A stretch of DNA of 64,000 nucleotides, from the NCBI RefSeq assembly GCF_009834535.1, contig NC_045697.1, forward strand, positions 101,062,001-101,126,000, written 5' to 3'. The notes below the pieces were generated by a model that was not told where the DNA came from, ran no database searches, and was given only the letters and a program-made list of their open reading frames with translations. Positions 27,913 to 39,310 of the stretch are shown in pieces. The first letter of the stretch is position 1. Every line of letters starts with the position of its first letter. The position numbers and the translations under genes are program-made. The DNA comes from Camelus ferus. Lineage: Eukaryota.

Positions 27913-28888
27913 TGGGGTGCAGGTGTCTTTTTCAAGTAGGGTTCCTTCTGGATATATGCCCAGGAGCAGGATTCCTGGGTCATATGGTAAGTCTATTCCT
28001 AGTCTTTTGAGGAATCTCCATACTGTTTTCCACAGTGGCTACGCCAAACTGCATTCCCAGCAGCAGTGTAGGAGGGTTCCCTTTTCTCCACAGCCTCTCC
28101 AGCATTTGTCATTTGTGGACTTTTGAATGATGGCCATTCTGACTGGTGTGAGGTGATACCTCATGGTAGTTTTGATTTGCATTTCTCTGATAATTAGTGA
28201 TAGTGAGCATTTTTTCATGTGCCTATTGATCATTTGTATTTCTTCCTTGGAGAATTGCTTGTTTAGGTCTTCTGCCCATTTTTGGATTGGGTTGTTTGTT
28301 TTTTTCTTATTAAGTCATATGAGCAGCACTATTTACAATAGCCAAGACATGGAAACAGACTAAATGTCCATCAACAGATGACTGGATAAAGAAGATGTGG
28401 TATAGTTATACAATGGAATACTATTCAGCCATAAAAATGACAACATAATGCCATTTGCAGCAACATGGATGTCCCTGGAGAATGTCATTCTAAGTGAAGT
28501 AAGCCAGAAAGAGAAAGAGAAATACCATATGAGATAGCTCATATGTGGAATCTTAAAAAAAAATAAAAAATGAACATAAATACAAAACGGAAACAGACTC
28601 ATAGACATAGAATACAAACTTGTGGTTGCCGGGGGGAGGGTGGTGGGAAGGGACAGACTGGGATTTCAAAATTTGTAGATACTGACAGGCATATGCAGAA
28701 TAGATAAACAAGATTATATTGTATAGCACAGGGAAATATATACAAGATCTTGTGGTAGCTCACAGTGAAAAAAAATGTGACAATGAATATATGTATGTTC
28801 ATGTGTAACTGAAAAAGTGTGCTCTACACTGGAATTTGACACAACATTGTAAAATGACTATAACTCAATAAAAAAAGTTAAAAAAAAA
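27913..28888 (+). mobile_element. 5'-truncated, 5'-inverted LINE-1 (twin-primed) with 15-bp TSD
   Basis: ORF2 C-terminal segment on minus (about 27911-28324; [52 protein letters not shown]), then plus-strand ORF2 end and 3'UTR with AATAAA and poly(A). TSD AAGAATGGAAAGAAT at 27898-27912 and 28889-28903, preceded by TTTT. Confidence 0.93.
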
Positions 28889-29682
28889 AAGAATGGAAAG
28901 AATATAAGTACCTATAAGTACCCCACATTCTAAAGAGAACTACAAACAATAAGGGCTTCTCATCTTCGGAGCTTCTTAAGGCAGCTGAAGTCGTCCTACT
29001 CCCCCCAAACATCACCCTAGCCTCCGGACTCCACTTACCTGTCCATTTAAAAAAAAAATTGGGAAAGGATAAAGGGTAAAGGGAAGGGTTTGTCCCCATC
29101 AAACAAGCTAAATAAGAGAGATCTGAGATTGGGATGCTAGCACCTCTCTGGTTTCCCCTACTGCAGGGTACCTCGATCTTCCCTGTACCTACCTAAGCAA
29201 AGGAAAAGGGAATCAACCGAAGATCAAAGGTGGAAGGAGATGATTTTGGCGTCCCAGCTTGTGCTTCCACTACTTGGTTCCTAAGGTCAAGTGGGCATCT
29301 TGGGAGGGAAGTAGACTGGAACCACCTTTCCAGCAACCCACAGAAAAGGGCTGCAAGCCAGATGAGAACCTCAAGCAGCAAGAGGCTACAGGGCACATGA
29401 ACAGGATCAGGCTCAGGAACCTGCGCAAAAGGTATGGTTCCCTCATCCCCCAAGAGACCTCCAACAAACTCATACACACCCCTGACCAGAGAGCCAGCTA
29501 TGCAAGAGCGACAAAGCATGAGCCTGGGGACCAGCAGTAACTGACAAGAGAAAAATGACAACTGCTCCAGTCAGGAAAGGGGCAATGGTTCTTCCTCCTT
29601 TTCCTTTTCTCCCCATCTGAGCATGCAAGGAAAACGAGAGGAATAAAAGTGTCCTAAGCCGAGTGAACTCATACTGCCCTGA

Positions 29683-29764
29683 GCTCGCAGGTGAAGGACC
29701 TGTAGGAGGGGACACGAGGTGTGGCTCGCAGGTGAAGGACCTGTAGGAGGGGGCAGGAGGCGTG
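29683..29764. repeat. Tandem duplication, 2 x 41 bp
   Basis: GCTCGCAGGTGAAGGACCTGTAGGAGGGGACACGAGGTGTG (29683-29723) and GCTCGCAGGTGAAGGACCTGTAGGAGGGGGCAGGAGGCGTG (29724-29764), 38/41 identical. Confidence 0.95.
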
Positions 29765-31165
29765 GACAAGCAAGCCACGCCCCCCCCCCCAGTGGAGCAA
29801 GGGACTCGAGCTTGGCCCATTGAAAGGGAAAGTTCTGTAAAAGAAATAAAATTGGAGTTTTCAAGTGGGCAGAATCTGAGTAATAGGAAATGACTTGAGA
29901 GTTACGGCATCTGCCCAAGATGTCACGAAAGGATCTGCTACCCAGCTGGGAAGGGGAATTTGACATAGCACAATGGGGGAGCAATGACTGGTGAAAAATA
30001 AAACCATACCGTGTGTGTTCCCCACTGAGCTAGGCCTTCTCAGTAAACTAGACACACACAGATGCAAAAATCAACTGAGACCAGGGAGGCTTTAGCAGTG
30101 AAAGGAGGATATTATTTATGCTTCTCTACAGAAATGATTTACTGGAATAAAAACAACCCATAAGTAATGGGCAAAGGGAAAAATACAAAGAAATGAACAA
30201 CCACAGCCCTCTCTTTTGCAACAGAACCTGCAGTTTTCAGATTCCTACCTTTACATTCAGACATGGGCAGTGCACACTGAAGAATCTAGAGAGGTTTACA
30301 CTCAGCACTACAAGAAACATTTATTTCAGACATGTGGCTACATCAATTAAATGCAATGTGTACTCACAACATTAGTCATTTCACACAGCGGCTCATTATA
30401 ATGCATGTGCCTTGCTAAAGCAGCCAAGATTCAGTGAGGCATAAAACCACAAAGCATCATTATAGATCACACATCACTATTTTTAAAAAACATTAAATTT
30501 CTACAATGGTTTTCTTCCTCAAGTTACTAATAATGGCCTAAATAATCAAGTATTTCCCTCTCTCCATTTGACCTTGCATCCTCATTATGTAAATTGACCC
30601 TATCATTACCTTAATTCAACAATAATTTTTAAAAGTGTTTTCTTTCCTATATTACAAAATGACAATCATAATTTTTGCATAAAATTTTAAAGAATAAATG
30701 GCGCTAATAAAATATTATTAGAGGCAGCTATTTCTAATTTGAAAGACTCATTAATTAAGTTTCTGCATGAGAATAAGTAAGATAAATTTCATATATGAAA
30801 AAGGAGAAATAAAGTGCAAAGTGATTATACAAATGACTATTTTAGGGTTATGTAGGCAAACTGTCACTCAATAATCTCCATGCAGTCAGCATTATTACTC
30901 ACGGTGTCCGATGCACTGAAAATAAGAGAATTCAGGGTGAATTCACATCAGTTCAATTGAACAAAGATTTTCTCAGTGCATCCTACAAGGGATACAATGT
31001 GCTGAGCGTTGATCTAGACTCAGAAAGGCAAAGATAAATAAGACGTAGTCAATACGGAGGAAAGAGTGGAATAAATGTAAATGTCCTACAGTTTGAGGGT
31101 TTCACCATCAGCAAAATGCTATATAATAAACAATGTATTTCCTGCCTAAAGCAAGTTGTATTTCC

Positions 31166-31662
31166 TGCATCGATCAGGGCTCAGGAAGAAACAGGTGGTG
31201 CACTCAAAATTGTTTAACTGAAGAGGATTAAAGGAAAGGACTGTTTATAGAGTCACAGGAGGGTCAGGAATGTAAGAAGGGCCGGCTAGGGAAGCATCAG
31301 GGAATGTAGCCACAGCGGTCGGTCCTCAACACCACTAGTGGGAAGCAAGAGGGGAGGGGCAACATTTGCTGGGGACCTGCTGAGCGATGGAGCCTGGAAT
31401 AGTTCTGCAGGACTGGACAGGAGCTGTGGCAGGAGAGGAAAGCAGAGAATTTCAGAACCTGAGCAAGGCTGAGGAATGGGAACGAGGGCTGTAAATTGTC
31501 AGATTTCTCTCTCCCTCATGCCCTGATCTCCGGCAAGACCTCGCATTTAGACTCTTGGTAAAGCTGAAAGCAAGAAAGCTCAGGTCTTGAAATGTGAGAG
31601 GCCAGAGCAGGGCGGAAAAGCGGGGAGAAGAACGGCTGTGGAGCAGGACAGGTGGAGGCACA
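31166..31662 (-). mobile_element. ERVL-class LTR (LTR33-related), degenerate
   Basis: TGCATCGATCAGGGCTCAGGAAGAAACAGGTGGTGCACTCAAAATT resembles the reverse complement of the 3' end of the LTR at 3047-3519. Confidence 0.55.
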
Positions 31663-34600
31663 GTAAACAGGAAAACCCTCTGTTAATATAGAGTTTAGAA
31701 TAGGATAAACCAGACTTTGCTTAATTGATAGTTCGAGGCTTCAGAAGCCTGTTCTGATAACGAAATAAGATATGACGCTTAATACAGAAAAACTTAGAGA
31801 TTTCAAATACTGTATTAAAATACTGTGGTCCTTCAAGCATCTGATAAGCTGACATTGAGAGTCCACATGACTAACCTGTAAATTAAAGAAAAAGGTGCCA
31901 AACAATATGAGCTTCCTTCTGCCTGGTGCTGCTTGGAACAGGATACATAGATCTCAACTTCGGTACAGGAGGCAGATTCTTTTTCCTAATTCAGTGCTGA
32001 GATCCTCAGCTCCATCTTTCCTTGTTTTAAGAGAACAACTCTGTCTCACGTTAGGCACCTAACTGACATTATTGTACACACCTTTGGTAATTCAGGAAAC
32101 ACAGGGAAGAAAATAAGGAGAGCTAGCAAATACATAATTCAGATTCAGTGAGATACTTACATTAAGGACACACAAGGATTAAATGGATTTAGGATTAGGG
32201 AAGTGAGAGTGAGTCATGAGAGTTGCATTTGAAGCATGGAAGGATTTACCCCAAATATTTACATCATCACAGCTCCATAAATGAAGATTTGGTGGAGGGG
32301 ATGAAATGTTGAGAGCTGTTTCACTGAAGGCCTGAGAAGTTTTCTTGATTATTAACAAGGCCATGAACAGACTCTTCTCAATAATTCTTGGCTTTTGTGA
32401 TATCATTGAATTCCTTGGAGTTGATATCTGTAATTTTCTTCTTTAGTTAGTTTTTTTTCTCCTTATTTTTTGTGACTCCATTCATGACAGGGACTGTGTT
32501 TTTAAATGTAAAGGAAAAGGGTGAAGGCTTTTGCCAAAGGGTGATGAGCAAGGTCATGGCTGGTCTCATGAATAAGGAGATAATGATAACAAAGAACATG
32601 CTCTAGGACTTCTCTCTGAGTAACTGGCTGCCCCTCTATGTCATAGAAACAAGGAACACAGGCTATTCTTCCAGGAATCTGGTGGGGATTTTGATCATTA
32701 TGGCTGTTTGGCTGCATCAGTTTATGTCTTGAGGCTTGATTCTCTGGAGATAACATGTGTATGTCAAAGGAAATAAAAGGGAGACGCAAAAACATAATTA
32801 CCCTGATATCTTAGTATTGGTTACAAATGAAATCTAGGTGCATGAAAATAAGACAAAATTCTATTTTTTAGATCATTCAACCTAAATAGAAATCACTGTA
32901 GAAACTTCAACAAACTTCAAATGTTAACTGGCCCATTATATTGGAGGCCTTCATAATTAACAAGGTCTAATAATTAGTTCAGCACAATTTCATTAAGAGC
33001 TGTGAATAAGCTGGTAATTTACAATGGTAATAGACACCATATAAGCATATTTAGAAGCAAAAAGAATATTCCCTGGGATCAGTTAAGAAGGTCTGGGGTA
33101 GAAAAGACTTTTGTTGATTTTTCACTTAATGGACAGATAGCACCCTCAATCCTGACAGCAGCCCTGTGCTGTGGGAGACGGTCATTCAAAACCCTGTTAT
33201 CTGAAAAGTACTGACAGACTACCTGGAGTTCTTAATTCAGGGGAGTGCAATGGCTGGGATGCAGAATGTGAATTAAATTTTAAAAATACTTTGGAAACAC
33301 CCTTAAACTAACACCACACTGGTTAATGCAATAATCTTCATTTTCATGTTTTCTCCCAGGGAAAATGCTGATTGAGTGCCTAATAACTTCCCACAACCAA
33401 CCCCTTCTTTTGAATCTTTTGAATTTTGTGAGAAAATACTGTTCAGACCATGTTTCTGCCAAGGTCCCTGGTCTCAGCTTCAACAAATGGTGTTAATTTA
33501 TTCTTGTATCACATGACAGCCCAAGAAGGAATATAATGTTTTTATTATAAAATAGAATTATCTATATTTGGATTTCTTCTAATTTGCTTCTCTAAAATGA
33601 ATATTCTACATCTTTTTATTGATTAACATTTTAGATTAGTTTATTTATATATATATGTATAGGTGCATATTGCAGTCATGAAGGGTGGTTGAATTTGACT
33701 GCATTATATCCTTCTCTCCTTAGTTATTTCCATCTCTATCCAGAAATGAGAGCTCAGTAGTTCTTGTATGGTTAATAGTTTGCATGATTTTGCCTACCTT
33801 GGTTCAAGTAAATTAAAGATGGAGGAGTGAACTTTCCTTAGCACACAACTCCCTAGAACTTACAGATACAAAATAACTCTTTAAAACAAAGGTCACTGTT
33901 CTTGCTTCTGGAAGGAAAGCAGCTAATTTCTCATACATCTTCCAAGTAACACTATAACATAAGAGTCATATAGCATAAAAATAAACGGTTTGGTGTCAAA
34001 TGATGATTCTCCTCTTTATCTTATTGCTTATCAATGAATGTTATCAATCTCACACTGAGTTAAATTCTGCTATTTTCAGTAGTGCCATTATCAATTTAAA
34101 TGCAGTTTCTCCAAAACCAAATAATAATTCCTTTCTTTTCCAATATTCAAAATTTTGGACAATGACATCCCTATGCCCTTGGTCAGTCATGTAACATTAG
34201 TAATTATTGTCTTTTTCCTTTGTGTTCTGTATAATAATAACTGATGCCTACATACCATAGAACCACTTATGAAAATGAAAGTTGTACATGTTTACTTGTT
34301 CATTCAAAAACCATATAATCTGAAAGGCAGTGGGGCTACAGAGTGGCTAAAGATACTACCTGTAAGTCAAAAGCATATGATCTAGGCATGTAAAAAAACA
34401 AAATGTTCAAACTACCCAAGCAATTGGTGGAATGTATGTTTGTACAAACTGTTATGGTGATCAGAGAAAACAGGGACCTAAATTCAGGGAAAAAGACGTC
34501 AAGAGAGGCTTCCCAAAGAAGCTGCACAGGAAACAGCAGACAGGTAAGTGATTGATGAAAGGGAAAAGAGACTGCAGAGGAACACAGACATGACAGGACG

Positions 34601-36459
34601 TCCAATCACCCAAGAAAAATAAGCCTTTGGGGGAAAATCAGGATTCCAGGTGAGTGAGGGGGAGTGAAAGAAGACACTGCTGAGATAATAAGCCTGCATC
34701 ACTTCAAGGAGAGAAGCTAAGGAGCTCGGATGTTTCTTACAGTGATGGTGAGAGAGGATGAGGCAGAGGAGGAGGGGCCGACAACAAGGAAAGAAGGAAA
34801 GAGGAAAAAAGGAGAAAGAAAAGTAGGGGATGTTGGAATTTGTCAGCTGCCTTAGAGTCCCCAGGAGTGATACTTGTTCAGGCAGACCTAGAACGTGGTG
34901 CTGAGTATCATTTGAACTCTTGGGGGTCTGATTTTTTCCCCCTTGTTCTCAGACAGATTCTTCCCAAGAAACAACAAGGGTGCTGAGAACATCATCTTAC
35001 TGGCTAAGAAGGAGGGCTTCCTCCTCCAATGTTTCCAGGAAAAACAAAATCCTGAAAGATCAGGTAATGTCTCATTGGCTTGGCTTCGGCCCCATGCCTA
35101 TAAAACCTCTGACAGAACATACTGATATGCCAGTAGGAGTAGAATTGATTATTTAGCCAATATTTCAGTTTATATTCATTTTCTTATTTACACCTCCTTT
35201 TAGAAATGAGAAAACCTGGTTAAATGAGGGTTAAATCCTCAAGGTCTTCACAAACGGCCAATATCCAAATCTAAGTCCATTCATCCCCAATGTCCATGTT
35301 CTAGATAAAAATAAATGCCTTCATAATAGTCAATCACCAGGCTGGGACACTGTTCAGCAGTATGCACTGAAAAATGCCCCACTCTCACGAAGCACACCAA
35401 CCTCTGCACAATGAGTCCCTGTGGAGGTTGTGTAGAGTTCTAAATCTCTTTGAGATTTTCCTTAAAAATAAATCACCTTGATAAAAGTAGTTCTTGATAA
35501 AAGATATCCAAGCCTTATATCTACATAACACAATGCTGTACATTGAAGAAAAGTAAAGATTAAAAAAAAATACAGACAGCAAATACCACTTGGATTGGAT
35601 TCTGCAATGGAGGACGGCAGGTGTTTCAATGATAGGTAGGTTTCCCTTCCCAAGCCCTGACTTCCTTTCCAGTCTGACTTCTGACACTTGGTAGCACTGT
35701 GTACCTGACTGAGCACCTGACACATCCCAGAGAACAAGTAAGTAAGGCTGATGACATCTTTCCCATTCCTCTCATCAGCAAGTGTGTCTTCTCCAGGAAG
35801 GAGTTTTAGCTCAGTTTTCGCGTATCGGAACTGAACGCCTGAGGATCTTTACCCCTGCTGCCTTGGTATCATCACAAATAGTATCTCATATGATGGTTTA
35901 AGTAGATTTTACCCCGATATCGGCCCTGAACCAAGTCTTACCCTCAGTATCTACCTACAAGTAAATAAATAAATATAAGGGCATGAAGTCTCCTTCTGGA
36001 CTTGAAATATAGAAGGTTTTAAACTGAATCATTTCTTTCCTTGGCCAAAACAGGGGCCAGTCTCAAATAGCTGCAGGCTCTAACAATTACTATTTTGAAA
36101 ATCTGACTCTATGTTACACAGCATAGTGGAAAGAACTCTGATTGAAGAGCCCAGACCTGTATGTGCCATAAATTCTCCTTCTGCATCCATACTGAATGGA
36201 TTGGTGCCCTTTCATAAAGCAGAAAGTGTTTGAGGAGATGAATTGAGTAACAGCATTTGACCTTTTAAGGTGTTGAAATCCTAAGATCATAAATCTCAAG
36301 CACTTAGAGAAAAATACATTTTAGTGAAATTGCTAGAATTTCTCCCTTTGAGACCTAAACTATACAAGTAAAAACACTCTTGTGGTGAAATGTAATAGGT
36401 ATCTAGACAATAAGTATTATTTACCATGTTATTTATGGTCATTTAAAATGCAGTGATTA

Positions 36460-36680
36460 ATTAGCACAAAGACCCTGGAGCTAAAGTGCCCTGGTTTATG
36501 GCCAAACATTTTCTACTTAAGAGTTTTGTACCTCTCTGAGTCTCAATTTTTTCATCTGGAAAATAGGGACCATATTCATAGAATCTATCTCTTAGTATTT
36601 TGTGACTCTTAAATGATCAAATATGTAAAGCCTAGAGAACGGTGTGTGATACAGAGCAGTGCTATTAAGATGTTGCTGTT
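36460..36680 (+). mobile_element. MIR SINE
   Basis: CTCTCTGAGTCTCAATTTTTTCATCTGGAAAATAGGGAC core. Confidence 0.65.
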
Positions 36681-36914
36681 GTTAATGACAAGGATGATGA
36701 CGGTTACCCATTTACAATATAAATAAGACCTTTCTGCATGTTCACTGACACTCCTTTAAACATAAATATGTAGAAAGTCAGTTAGGAAGCACTAGGTTTT
36801 ATCACATTCCCAATTGAGAGCCTTTCTGCAGTTACTGTTAAAGCAAAACAAACAAAAAAATTTCTAAAATGAAGAATTTCCACAGTTAATTGTGGTGCTA
36901 AAATACAGACAAAT

Positions 36915-36976
36915 ATCACCATCGTCACCATCACCGTCACCGTCATCGTCGTCATCATCATCACCATCATCATCAT
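36915..36976. repeat. Imperfect (CAT/CAC/CGT)n trinucleotide repeat
   Basis: ATCACCATCGTCACCATCACCGTCACCGTCATCGTCGTCATCATCATCACCATCATCATCAT, adjacent to a minus-strand MIR end. Confidence 0.9.
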
Positions 36977-36999
36977 TTTGAGGCCACAGTAACACCAGC

Positions 37000-37200
37000 C
37001 AGCATGCACTGAGGAGCTAACACTGGTCAGGCACTACACTAGGAGACTTACACCAGTCATATCATTTTGTCCTTAAAACCGCCCTCTGTAATATTTACTC
37101 CTATTGTCATTTCATTGCTGAATGAACTGAGGCCCAGAGAGATAAAGTAACTGGCCCACGCTCACAGAATTCCTAAGTGTCAGTACCTGGAAATAAACCC
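37000..37200 (-). mobile_element. MIR SINE
   Basis: GCACTGAGGAGCTAACACTGGTCAGGCACTACACTAGG...GAACTGAGGCCCAGAGAGATAAAGTAACTGGCCCACGCTCACAG. Confidence 0.7.
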
Positions 37201-38472
37201 CTGTTCAAATGAACCCAGCTCACCATCTTAATCATAATCTCAGAGACTATTGTTCGAAAAAAATTTCCCTTATAATTTATTTTCAGCGATCTGGATTTCT
37301 TAGCAAAACCCGCTTGGGTAAACATTTTGGAAGATGTAAAGAAGAAACACCCCCCAAAAAGAAAAAAGTGCTTTCTTTCCATCTTGCATTATTTTTGAGA
37401 TGCTATGGGAAGGGAGCATATAAGCCATAACTGAATGTAATTTCATATACATGTATATTCTTTCTCTCATTCTTCCCCATGATTTTCTTTTCTCATAATC
37501 ACTATGGATTCCTGGAGCTTGTCAAACTAGTTAATTGAGAAATGATTAGGTAATACTTCTCTTCATGTTTCTTAAGGAAGTCATATTACTGGTAACCTTC
37601 ACATAACACAATGATTCTTTCCCAACAGAAACTCCAAACACATCATAAAAATAACTGTTACTTCCTCTTATTACCCAAATGGGATAGGTTCAAGCCCACT
37701 ATTTCATTACTTCTCACTTGGTAAATCAATTCAAGGAAGGGACTGTAACATAAATACTGCTGCAGAAGAAACTTTATAATTAAAAATAATAATAATGAAT
37801 AAAGAATTTCTAGTAAAGTTAAGACTAGTTATCAAGAAATCTCCATCTCTCTGTCCTGGGACCCCTACTACCCGCTACCCCAGAACTCCTAGGGCCTCCT
37901 GCAGTTTGCTTGAGTGGCCCAGATCTCCTCGACAAATGTGTTCAAACTTACCCTAACTTACCCTAAACTAAAACCTTGCTGTGTGTTCACTCACATTCCT
38001 TTCCTCTTACTTCTTTTTGCTACCCAGTATTTGCAATCTCATCCCCTCACCTATTCCTTAATCCCTTGAACTCTAGTAATCTCCTCAACATCTATTTTCT
38101 GAAAGGCTAGTGCCCTCCCATTCACTAAATCCAGTCATCTTTCTTCACCTTCCTTGATATCTCTGTAGAGCCAGGCAACACTGACTTTCATCTCCATCTG
38201 AAAATTTTCCCCTAATGTGGCTTCTAGGACACTGCACTATCTGGCTCCCTTCTTCTTCTTCTTCTTTTTTTTTTTTTTTCTTACTGTTTTTAAATCTTTT
38301 TCATTTCTATCTTTTTTTTCTTCAACACAAATTTTTCAGGAAAAAACAATGGGTTAGAAACTGAGGATGCAAAGATGAATCAGACGGTACCTGTTCCAAG
38401 AGCTCACAGTCTGAAGGAGAGCTAGCCTATAAACAGAGGCTTGTGGTATTGAGTGGTAAGTCTCATGGTAGA

Positions 38473-38587
38473 GCAGTGATTCCCAAAGTATGATCAGTGG
38501 GCCACCGATAATAGCACTACTTGGAACGTGATAGAAATTCAACTTTTCAGGCCCAAGCCTAAACCTACCAAAGCAGAAATCTGAGGT
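38473..38587. mobile_element. Half of a MER5A-like element, truncated by the adjacent L1
   Basis: CAGTGATTCCCAAAGTATGATCAGTGGGCCA..CACTACTTGGAACGTGATAGAAATTCAACTTTTCAGGCCC..ACCTACCAAAGCAGAAATCTG. Confidence 0.7.
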
Positions 38588-38589
38588 CG

Positions 38590-39310
38590 TTTTTTTTTTT
38601 TTTAATTATGGAAGAAGCACATAACATATAATTTATCATCTTAGCCATGTTTAAGTAGACAATTCAGTAGTGTTAAGTATATCCATATTGTTGTGAAACA
38701 GATCTCCAAAAGTTTTTCACCTTGTAAAACTGAAACTCTATACTCGTTAAATGACAACTTCCCTTTCCCCTTCTCCCCAGCCCTTGGTAACCACCACTCT
38801 ACTTTCTGTTTCTATGAATTTGATTACTTTAAATATGAGATCATACAGTATTTGTCTGTTTGTGATTGGCTTATTTCAAATAGTATAATATCATCAAGGT
38901 TCACCTGGTTACAGCATGTAATAGTATTTCCTTCCTTTTCAATGCTGAATATTCTATTGTCTGTATATACCACATATTTTTAATCCATTCCTCCATTGAT
39001 AGACATTTGGGTTGTTTTCACCTCTTAGCTATTGCGAATAGTGCTGCTTTGAATGGGTGTGTGCGTATCTCTGGGGTCCTGATTTCAGCTTTTTGGATAT
39101 ACACCCAGAAGTGGGATTGTGGGGTCATACAGTAATTCTATTTTTAATTTTTTGAGGAATCTCCATACTGTTTTCCATAGTAGTTGTACCCATTTTGCAT
39201 TTCCCCCAATAGTGCACAAGGGTTCCAATTTCTCCACATCCTAGCCATGAGGAAATAACCCTTTTGTTTTCTGGGTTTTTGACAGGAGCCATCCTAATGG
39301 GTGTAAGGTT
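38590..39310 (-). mobile_element. L1MA-type LINE-1 3' fragment with poly(T)
   Basis: T run followed by ACATAACATATAATTTATCATCTTAGCCATGTTTAAGTAGACAATTCAGTAGTGTTAAGT...ACCCAGAAGTGGGATTG...TTTTGAGGAATCTCCATACTGTTTTCCATAG. Confidence 0.88.

Noticed and set aside
29193..29984. Cluster of overlapping 90-140 aa ORFs as a possible retrogene
   Set aside because: No recognisable protein, poly(A) or TSD. The ORF density is explained by higher GC content and the 41-bp duplication.
36782..37009. ORF with a poly-Met/Thr/Val tract
   Set aside because: Translation of a trinucleotide microsatellite beside a MIR.
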